Below are positions 1-6,722 of a stretch of 34,314 bases of DNA, in pieces. The position numbers and the translations under genes are program-made. Every line of letters starts with the position of its first letter. Position 1 is the stretch's first letter. This stretch comes from an uncultured Gemmatimonadota bacterium (lineage in GTDB: Bacteria; 4572-55). The notes under the pieces were generated by a model that saw nothing but the letters and a program-made list of their open reading frames with translations, was not told the origin of the DNA and ran no database searches. The stretch lies in contig CAYOLL010000004.1 in NCBI GenBank assembly GCA_964404765.1, forward strand, positions 1-34,314. Reading direction: 5' to 3'.

Positions 1-215
1 ATGGATTGTTCAAGTTCCAGCCGAAGAAATCCATTCAATTGCTGTTGAATTTTTTTCAACTCGCGCCGGTTGTGCGCGCCCTGCAATAACTCCATTTCAA
101 TAATTGCGTTGATGTACAGATCGAAACCCTGCATTCGCAGCTTGTTTAAGCGATCGCTATTCCCGTTAATGTCATCAATGATAACGCAGGTATCGCATAA
201 CAGCATGTTGCTCAT
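1..215 (-). CDS. PIN-domain toxin (VapC-like), partial. The C-terminal part runs off the left edge of the window.
   Basis: Manual minus-strand translation from the ATG at 215 gives MSNMLLCDTCVIIDDINGNSDRLNKLRMQGFDLYINAIIEMELLQGAHNRRELKKIQQQ..., in frame through position 1. The N-terminal hDT-V-IID and the later E-MELL acidic motif are typical of PIN/VapC. A GAGG RBS lies upstream. The start overlaps the upstream antitoxin stop by 4 bp (ATGA). Confidence 0.65.
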   Translation of the reverse strand, partial: MSNMLLCDTCVIIDDINGNSDRLNKLRMQGFDLYINAIIEMELLQGAHNRRELKKIQQQLNGFLRLELEQS

Positions 216-502
216 CGGTTACCTCTTTGCCAGGCGGCGGTACGCAGTTTTTTGGCATAGAGTGCACTATTTTTGACCCGGGCAAAGGGTCGGACATCAC
301 TCACATCCTCGTCAATCGGATACGCAATTTTTACGGAATGTTGCAGTGGATCAAGCCGCTTGATCTTTGATTTCTTGCGCTGCACAAATGTTTCCAGCGC
401 CTCTATGATGACTCGGCTCATGTCCTTACCTTCCATTTGGGCGATATCCATCAGGTTATCTCTCAAAGACACACTTTCCAAATGTAGCACAAAATCAGTC
501 AT
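212..502 (-). CDS. Putative ribbon-helix-helix (CopG/VapB-like) antitoxin
   Basis: The 97-aa product begins MTDFVLHLESVSLRDNLMDIAQMEGKDMSRVIIEALETFV..., a beta-strand followed by two helices, which is an RHH-like pattern. It lies immediately upstream of the PIN gene with a 4-bp overlap. A GAGG RBS sits 9 nt before the ATG at 502; the ORF-track start at 514 is a GTG. Confidence 0.5.
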   Translation of the reverse strand: MTDFVLHLESVSLRDNLMDIAQMEGKDMSRVIIEALETFVQRKKSKIKRLDPLQHSVKIAYPIDEDVSDVRPFARVKNSALYAKKLRTAAWQRGNR

Positions 503-606
503 TTTGAACCTCACTTTTGATAGATGGTTATTTTATTGCGCCAGGTGTTCATGTCCGCCGGGGTGTCGTTGGCGCAAAGTCGAGTTGGATGAAATCGGCT
601 GATCAT

Positions 607-2409
607 TTATCCGGTAAAACCCGCCGCTCGCAGCGCTTTCCACAAATTTGTGCGGCGCTGGTGGTCAATCCGCCAGCGAGCGATGAGGTTTTGGCAGCCA
701 ACGGGGTCAATTTCCTGAATAACCATCAGCCAACCGGCATGGGGCGTGTAATCGGATTTGTGATGCGCGTTAGGGTCCGGAGCCAGCAGAACGACGTGTT
801 TACGCCAGCATTCGCAAAGCGCGGCGCTGAATCGTCCGCCGTCCAATCGTCGCAGCCACTGCTGTCGCGCCGCGATCAGTTCATCGGTCCGATCCGGCCG
901 ACCCATAAGCGCTAAGAGACGCGGGAACGGCACATTATCGCCGGACAGGGCGGCCAGGTCACAGGTAAGCAAGCGAACGGTCTTTTGCTGATCCGAAAAA
1001 GCCACGCCATCCACGCGGAGTTGCGCCAGCCAACCCTCCATCTTCAACATAAACGCGCTTTTGTCATCGTTAAGTCCCGCCTGAAGCAGCCAATTGACCC
1101 ATGTATCTTTGGTTTCTTTTTTCCGTTCCCCAAAACCACCCGGCAACGAACGGTCATACATGATGTTGCGCCATTGCTCCGTCAAGGTCATGATCGGCGG
1201 TCGTTCCCGATGTTGCCGGTAAAAATCGGCAATGTTATCCCAGGCAAATGGCGTGGCATATAGCATTTTCTGGTAGCGCAGGCTTAGCGTGCGTTCACCC
1301 AAATTCAGCTTTTCGGCAACTGAAATCCAATCCGCAAGCAGGTCGGTGATAGTTGAGTTGGGCTCGCCGGAGCCGTAGATAGCGCCGGAAGTCAGCATTT
1401 TTTGCTCCGGCTGCCAATCTTCCACCCGGCTGTAGCCGCTGCTTTTGGCATAGCTGGCGATGGTCTGCATATACAGCTTGTTGACCTCCGGTAAGTTGCC
1501 TTTTTTCGTCAGGTCGGCGATCAACGGGGGACCGCATTGCCAGTTTTGGGCCAAATTCAGCCGGCACAGGTCCAGGTGGGCGTCTTGATCGAATTTTTGC
1601 GCATAGTCGCGATAGATTTCGTTCCAGCGACCATGGGCGGACGTCAACTTTTGCTTCCAGTCAGAAGAGTCCTGATTGGCTCGAATGTGCTCGAATATCT
1701 GTTGCTGTTGATCAGCCGGCAAAGTTGTGGTGAAAAACACATGGTAAGCTTGCCAATCCAGACTGCAATGGCTCAGCTCATTTTCAAGTTTCAACAGACG
1801 CTCCAGAAAAGTCAGGACGGATTCCTGACTATTTTGCGTCACCAACCATTCCCATTTTAACAAACATTCGGTAGTGATTCGCTCAAACGCGCAAGGTTCG
1901 GCATCGGCGCACATCCATTCGGGATAGCTGTCAATACTATCATTAATTGCTTGGAGTTCATCGGCAAAACAGTCGTCATCCTCTTGCTCCAGGGCAAACA
2001 CCTCTGCGAGCATGGGCGTCATTTTAGCGGCAATCTTCTCCAAATCCTCGGCCAGGGCACACGGGTCAAAATAGGGCTCTTCCCAGTCCGCCTCTTGCTG
2101 AACATAAGCGCCGTCCTCTTCACCCACTTCAGAAGCCACATTGCTCCATTGACGCCACAGGTCGCGCCATTCAGCAAAGAGCTTGTCATCCGAAACGACG
2201 CGCGTTTTGCTTGCGGTTACGGCCTGTGGCGTCAGTAGCCGTTTCAGGGTGAGGGAAATGTCCGGATTGAGCGATTCGAGCAATCGTTTGATTTGTTCAG
2301 GTTGCAGTAACTTAAAGGTCGCATTCAGAACCTCCCGGATTTGCTCATGGGTCAGGGCATTAAACAAATCGTCGGTTTTAGCGGTATTCGTTTTTTCATT
2401 TTGGGTCAT
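607..2409 (-). CDS. Hypothetical cytoplasmic protein (600 aa, acidic, Trp-rich), no recognisable domain
   Basis: A long ORF with an AAGGAAG RBS 6 nt before the ATG at 2409 (MTQNEKTNTAKTDD...). I found no TM segments and no known catalytic motifs. Confidence 0.55.
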   Translation of the reverse strand: MTQNEKTNTAKTDDLFNALTHEQIREVLNATFKLLQPEQIKRLLESLNPDISLTLKRLLTPQAVTASKTRVVSDDKLFAEWRDLWRQWSNVASEVGEEDGAYVQQEADWEEPYFDPCALAEDLEKIAAKMTPMLAEVFALEQEDDDCFADELQAINDSIDSYPEWMCADAEPCAFERITTECLLKWEWLVTQNSQESVLTFLERLLKLENELSHCSLDWQAYHVFFTTTLPADQQQQIFEHIRANQDSSDWKQKLTSAHGRWNEIYRDYAQKFDQDAHLDLCRLNLAQNWQCGPPLIADLTKKGNLPEVNKLYMQTIASYAKSSGYSRVEDWQPEQKMLTSGAIYGSGEPNSTITDLLADWISVAEKLNLGERTLSLRYQKMLYATPFAWDNIADFYRQHRERPPIMTLTEQWRNIMYDRSLPGGFGERKKETKDTWVNWLLQAGLNDDKSAFMLKMEGWLAQLRVDGVAFSDQQKTVRLLTCDLAALSGDNVPFPRLLALMGRPDRTDELIAARQQWLRRLDGGRFSAALCECWRKHVVLLAPDPNAHHKSDYTPHAGWLMVIQEIDPVGCQNLIARWRIDHQRRTNLWKALRAAGFTG

Positions 2410-2625
2410 AATGCTTCCTTTTTTATGAGGAGTGATCGCTTGTTCATGTTCAGCCAAGGGTAGCCTGACAGAATCTAAGCATAGATAGTGCAACAGGTCA
2501 AGAAGTTCCGATATAGAGAATGATTTTTCTTGAATTCAGGTTGGATAATGAAGCAGGCTGTGAGGAGGAAAAGAAAGCGGATTAAAAGAGGCGTCACCTT
2601 TTTCGTGCAAACCGGTCTATTAAAA

Positions 2626-3489
2626 TTAAAGCAGAAAAGAGTCGATAATCAGCGCAAAAAAAAGCCCGAGCAAATAAACAATAGAATAGCCGAACAACTG
2701 CCAATGCCGGGTCGGTGTGGGATTCTGCCAATCCCGATAGGTTTTGAAGATAAAAAACAGGCCGCACCCGACAGCAACCACCAGATAGAGCAAGCCCGCA
2801 GTCAGATAATAAAGCAGCAGGCTGACGACCACCGTCGCCACGGAATAAAGCCACATTTGGCGCAGAGTAGTTATGTCGCCCTTGATCAATGGCATCATCG
2901 GGTAGCCGACTTCGCGATAATCTTCTTTGTAATATAATGCCAGCGCCCAAAAATGGGGTGGCGTCCACAAAAATATAATAAGAAACAACAAAATTGCCGT
3001 CCAGCTCAATGAATTGGCCGCGGCAGCCCAGGCAATCACCGGACCCATGGCGCCGGCTGCTCCACCGATAACAATATTTTGCGGCGTCGTCGGTTTGAGC
3101 CATAAGGTATAAAAAAAGCTGTAAAACAAGATAGTTCCGACTGCCAACGCCGCGCTAAACCAGTTAAAAGCCATAGCAAAAATAAGTACGCCCGCTACAC
3201 CAATGCCAATCGAGAAAATCAGGGCTTCGTTCGGTAAAATACGCCCGGACGGCAGCGGTCGCTTTGTTCGTGTCCGGCTCATGCGCGCGTCCACGTTACG
3301 CTCAAAATATTGATTCATGGCATTGGCACAACCTCCGGTTAAATACAAGGCGAACAATGCGGCGAAAAACCGAGCCGGGTCGGCGAGCAGACTTTTTTCC
3401 AAAAATAAGGCCGTCATACCGGTTATCACTACCAGCAGCATAATGGACGGCTTGGTTAATTGGAAGCAGGCTTTAATTTTTTTCAACAT
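2626..3489 (-). CDS. ctaB: Protoheme IX farnesyltransferase (heme O synthase), UbiA family
   Basis: A polytopic membrane protein with CyoE/CtaB hallmarks: LTKPSI..LLVV, NQYFERNVDARMSRTRTKRPLPSGRI, and WTPPHFWALAL. Confidence 0.9.
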   Translation of the reverse strand: MLKKIKACFQLTKPSIMLLVVITGMTALFLEKSLLADPARFFAALFALYLTGGCANAMNQYFERNVDARMSRTRTKRPLPSGRILPNEALIFSIGIGVAGVLIFAMAFNWFSAALAVGTILFYSFFYTLWLKPTTPQNIVIGGAAGAMGPVIAWAAAANSLSWTAILLFLIIFLWTPPHFWALALYYKEDYREVGYPMMPLIKGDITTLRQMWLYSVATVVVSLLLYYLTAGLLYLVVAVGCGLFFIFKTYRDWQNPTPTRHWQLFGYSIVYLLGLFFALIIDSFLL

Positions 3490-3541
3490 AGACAGCTTCT
3501 TTCAGACCGGAGTCGCATGAGTCTTACAAATGGATGCGGGA

Positions 3542-3622
3542 AACCTTGCGAAGGTTACACTTGTTGCGGAGTCAATATTTTCAAGGCTCGCTGAACTTCT
3601 CAGCGTGAACCTTCGCAAGGTT
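3542..3622. promoter_or_regulatory. Two copies of a 15-bp perfect palindrome AACCTTGCGAAGGTT / AACCTTCGCAAGGTT (3542-3556 and 3608-3622) in the ctaB upstream region. An ATTTTGCAAAT element follows at 3624-3634.
   Basis: Read directly in the sequence: the two copies are reverse complements of each other, 66 bp apart, between the Rrf2 stop and the ctaB start. Confidence 0.3.
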
Positions 3623-3667
3623 ATTTTGCAAATGGACGTGAGATTTCCGAAATTTTTAGCGCTGAAA

Positions 3668-4120
3668 TTATTTCGCTGTTTCCGGTCTAAGCATAGGCCC
3701 GTAGCCCAGGGGCAGACCGCCTAATTCCCGCACATCTTTAAGCGTGTAGCGCTCCGCCCAATCTTTAAAATGCTCCTTTAAGACCGCCCAAAAGCCATGT
3801 AACGGGCATGGCTCGTCCTGATTGCACAGTCCCCAGCCAAACATACAGACCGTAGAGTCTACTTCATAATCCACTGCGTTTAGAATATCAATAAAGCGTA
3901 TCTTGTCTAACGGTTGAGCAAAGGTAAATCCCCCGCCGTGACCTTTCTGCGACAATAAAATACCGCCCGTTACCAACCGCCGCATGATCTTAGACAAGTA
4001 GTGCGACGGAATTTCCGCAATTTTTGACAAATCTTGCGTACGATGCGATACATCGTCCGGTTGCGAGGCCATATAGGCTACTGCCCGCATTGCGTATTCA
4101 GCCGTTTGTGTCAACCGCAT
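3668..4120 (-). CDS. Rrf2-family transcriptional regulator (NsrR/IscR-like, probably Fe-S-binding)
   Basis: MRLTQTAEYAMRAVAYMA is the N-terminal wHTH typical of Rrf2. The three-Cys cluster CMFGWGLCNQDEPCPLH matches the [Fe-S] ligand region of NsrR/IscR. A strong GGAG RBS sits 8 nt before the ATG at 4120. The ORF-track start at 4150 is a TTG; the MRLT start is typical for the family. Confidence 0.85.
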   Translation of the reverse strand: MRLTQTAEYAMRAVAYMASQPDDVSHRTQDLSKIAEIPSHYLSKIMRRLVTGGILLSQKGHGGGFTFAQPLDKIRFIDILNAVDYEVDSTVCMFGWGLCNQDEPCPLHGFWAVLKEHFKDWAERYTLKDVRELGGLPLGYGPMLRPETAK

Positions 4121-4280
4121 ATTGACTCCTTCATTCATTGCCCTCTTCAATTTTCGGCTTGCAGCATGGTGTCACTTTGGACTCCGACATACCGGCATAA
4201 TGGCTTAACCGAAACCCACGTTTTTTGAAAAGCATTGGTATCTTCAATAAAAATATAAAATTTTTTTTAAAAGTCAACTT

Positions 4281-4348
4281 AATAGACTTGACAATCTATT
4301 AAAAATATATAATTTTGGATTTACAAGTCCATAGACATTGAAATCTAT
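4281..4348. promoter_or_regulatory. Two dyad-symmetric sites ATAGA-N8-TCTAT: AATAGACTTGACAATCTATT at 4281-4300 and ATAGACATTGAAATCTAT at 4331-4348. They overlap candidate -35 elements (TTGACA at 4288-4293, TTTACA at 4320-4325).
   Basis: Inverted repeats read in the AT-rich divergent region between the Rrf2 gene and the HCO-like gene. They are positioned as operators over a plus-strand promoter. Confidence 0.4.
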
Positions 4349-4371
4349 TGAAATTTGAAAGGACGGCGACC

Positions 4372-5778
4372 ATGCAAACTTCAACCAAACTGACCGAACA
4401 ATGGCTGCGAATTGCCATCGGTTCCCTGATTCTGGCCGGATTGCTTTCGCTCATTCTGGTGATTGGGCGGATGCCGTATCTTAGCCAATTTATCACCGAC
4501 CCGCAGTTTGCCAAAAAATGCCTGGTGATCCATGTGAACCTGGCCATTTTTGTCTGGTTGTTCTCGTGCCTGACCGCGCTGTTCAACCTGATTCCGGCGG
4601 GCAAGCCGCTTGAGTTCAAAACACACACCGCGCCGGTGGCGATGCTGGGTATCGGTTGCTTTGTGATCAGCGCCGCCTGGCCGGAGGCGATGCCCATCCT
4701 GTCCAACTATATTCCGGCCATTGATCATCCGCTGTTTTTTATCGGCATTGCCCTATTTTCGCTGGCCGTGGCGATCAATTTGGTCGACCGCCGTTTATTT
4801 AGCGGCAGTAACGCCGGACTCCCGACGCATAACGCTACCGCAGGACAGATGAGCCTGAGTCCAGTGACCGTGGACGGTTTGCGCGGGGCGGGTTTGGCCG
4901 GATTACTGGCTTTCGCGGTTATCTTGATTACGGCCTGGCGGATTGACGCTAATTATACGCCAACGATGTACTACGATCTCGTCTTTTGGGGCGGCGGTCA
5001 TGTTATGCAATTTGCCAATATCCTGGGTATGCTGTCGGTCTGGTTGATTTTGCTGGAAGCATCCACCGGCCTGACGCCGATCTCGCAAAAAGCGGCGCGG
5101 GGACTTTTTGGCTGGCTGCTATTGCCGCTACTCTTCACGCCATTTCTGGCCTGGCAGGTTAACACGCCTTTTTATCAGAAAAGTTTTACCCGTCTGATGC
5201 AATGGGGCATATTTCCCGCCGTGTCCATCTTCCTGATCATCTGTCTATATACTGTATATCGCGCCTATCGCACCGGAAGAATAAGCCGCAGCGCCTTCCG
5301 TCATCCGGCGTTCATGGGCTTTGCTGCCAGCGCTGGCCTGACCTTGGTAGGGTTTGGGCTGGGGGCGATGATTCACCGTGTGGATACGCTGATCCCAGCG
5401 CATTATCATGCGGCGATTGGGGCTGTCACTGTGGCTTATATGGCAGTCGCGTATCGGGTGTGGGCGGCGCTGGGTTATCGGATTCAATCGCAGCGGCTGA
5501 CGCAGGCGGCCGGCTGGCAACCGGCGCTGTTTGGCATCGGCCAGGCCGTATTTGCGGTCGGCTTTGGGTTAGCCAAAATGGCCCGCAAGGTATATGGCGA
5601 CGAGCAGATTATACAAACCGCCACGCAACACGCCGGCCTGGTGTTGATGGGAATTGGCGGTTTTATTGCAATTGCCGGTGGAATTACATTTATCTGGATT
5701 ATTGCCGGCCTTATCTATCGCTATGAGCCTGCGACTTCGCATTTTAATTCGGAACTGAAAGTTGTCGTTAAGTCTTAA
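4372..5778 (+). CDS. Heme-copper oxidase subunit I-like membrane protein, a divergent paralog lacking the helix-VII His-His CuB ligands
   Basis: A polytopic TM protein that aligns with the downstream subunit I. It has a helix-II His (LVIHVNLAIFVW), WGGGHVMQF (compare WWGLGHVSQQ), G..MIHRVDTLIPAHYHAAIGAVT (compare GTEQINIIAHNTLRIPGHFHATVVGGS) and GLAKMARKVYGD (compare GSYGVPRRHYDV). It has no HH motif. The ATG is at 4372, after a GGA RBS. Confidence 0.6.
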   Translation: MQTSTKLTEQWLRIAIGSLILAGLLSLILVIGRMPYLSQFITDPQFAKKCLVIHVNLAIFVWLFSCLTALFNLIPAGKPLEFKTHTAPVAMLGIGCFVISAAWPEAMPILSNYIPAIDHPLFFIGIALFSLAVAINLVDRRLFSGSNAGLPTHNATAGQMSLSPVTVDGLRGAGLAGLLAFAVILITAWRIDANYTPTMYYDLVFWGGGHVMQFANILGMLSVWLILLEASTGLTPISQKAARGLFGWLLLPLLFTPFLAWQVNTPFYQKSFTRLMQWGIFPAVSIFLIICLYTVYRAYRTGRISRSAFRHPAFMGFAASAGLTLVGFGLGAMIHRVDTLIPAHYHAAIGAVTVAYMAVAYRVWAALGYRIQSQRLTQAAGWQPALFGIGQAVFAVGFGLAKMARKVYGDEQIIQTATQHAGLVLMGIGGFIAIAGGITFIWIIAGLIYRYEPATSHFNSELKVVVKS

Positions 5779-5800
5779 CATAATCTGGAGTATATCACCG

Positions 5801-5824
5801 GGAGTGCAAAATTTTAATTTTGCG
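5801..5824. promoter_or_regulatory. Palindromic motif GGAGTGCAAAATTTTAATTTTGCG (copy 1 of a repeated TGCAAAA-N-TTTTGCA element)
   Basis: An inverted repeat about 60 bp upstream of the small-TM gene start. Near-identical copies occur at 6643-6666, 8447-8473 and 8481-8506. Confidence 0.4.
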
Positions 5825-5882
5825 AAAATAAAGGATGTACGCGGAACTAAAATTTTCCTACTCCAAAAAAAAGGAGCGAACT

Positions 5883-6035
5883 ATGGATGAACGTGATGAA
5901 GAAAAAAATCCGCTGCATAAGCTGATGGATAATCCCTGGCTGTTGCTGGTGCTGGGATTAGTGGTGCCGATTTTGTCTTATACCGTCTGGGGTTTGATCG
6001 AGATTATGACAATGCCGCAGGCGCTTTTGCCATAA
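5883..6035 (+). CDS. Small single-TM protein (50 aa), candidate accessory subunit of the oxidase/NOR complex
   Basis: MDERDEEKNPLHKLMDNPWLLLVLGLVVPILSYTVWGLIEIM has one hydrophobic helix. A strong AAGGAG RBS precedes it. It sits between the subunit-I-like and subunit II genes. Confidence 0.5.
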   Translation: MDERDEEKNPLHKLMDNPWLLLVLGLVVPILSYTVWGLIEIMTMPQALLP

Positions 6036-6098
6036 CTTTAAGCTAATTCGCGGCTGCATGTCAGCCACGCTATCGCAATCTTAAAAAGGAGGAGACTC

Positions 6099-6623
6099 AT
6101 GAGTATTTACTCACCCGCGTCGGGCTGGTTTAAGGCGCCCGAAGGCGCCGAACGGCTGTGGATTGGCATCGCTTTAATTTGGTGCTTGATTATGTTTATC
6201 GCCATGCCTTATTGGCATTTTAAAGGGAAACAGAACAGTACCGGCGAGTCATATCGTGTTGATCCGAAAGCGTTTAATGAACGCATCGAAAAATATGTTC
6301 AGACGAATAAAGTTGGCGAAGAATTGGGCATTCCGGTCGTGGAAGCCGCGCCCGGCGGTGATGTTTATCTGCTCGGACAAATGTGGCGCTGGTATCCGAT
6401 TCTGAAGCTAAAAAAAGATCAGACCTATCGACTGCACATCTCGTCCATTGACTTGCAGCATGGCTTTTCGCTGATGCCAATGAACATGAATTTTCAAGTG
6501 CTGCCGGGTTATGACCATGTTTTGACCATCACGCCAACATCAACCGGCATCTTTCCGATTATTTGTAACGAGTTTTGCGGTATCGGTCATCACATGATGA
6601 CTGGCCGGATTATTGTAGAATAA
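6099..6623 (+). CDS. Heme-copper oxidase/NOR subunit II with cupredoxin domain and a complete CuA site
   Basis: An N-terminal TM is followed by a cupredoxin domain. The CuA ligand pattern is H(QHGFS)...C-N-E-F-C-G-I-G-H-H-M-M, i.e. C-x-E-x-C-G-x2-H-x2-M. The 174-aa size resembles ba3-type subunit II. An AGGAGG RBS precedes it. Confidence 0.85.
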   Translation: MSIYSPASGWFKAPEGAERLWIGIALIWCLIMFIAMPYWHFKGKQNSTGESYRVDPKAFNERIEKYVQTNKVGEELGIPVVEAAPGGDVYLLGQMWRWYPILKLKKDQTYRLHISSIDLQHGFSLMPMNMNFQVLPGYDHVLTITPTSTGIFPIICNEFCGIGHHMMTGRIIVE

Positions 6624-6642
6624 ACACAATTTTGCAAATAGC

Positions 6643-6666
6643 GGAGTGCAAAAATTTATTTTTGCA
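6643..6666. promoter_or_regulatory. Palindromic motif GGAGTGCAAAAATTTATTTTTGCA (copy 2), preceded by ATTTTGCAAAT at 6628-6638
   Basis: A near-perfect inverted repeat about 57 bp upstream of the subunit I ATG, positioned like a class-II activator site. Confidence 0.4.
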
Positions 6667-6722
6667 GCCTTTGTTTAGCGAGATTAAAAATTTCGCACCC
6701 CGACAATTCATTAGGAGGAAAT

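Noticed and set aside
2530-3103. ORFs 2530-2937(+) and 2594-3103(-) overlapping ctaB
   Set aside because: They lie in alternative frames of a well-supported heme O synthase gene, with no RBS and low-complexity products. They are shadow ORFs.
3530-3724. 64-aa plus-strand ORF in the Rrf2-ctaB intergenic region
   Set aside because: It has no RBS and overlaps the Rrf2 3-prime end. The region is better explained as a regulatory leader with palindromes.
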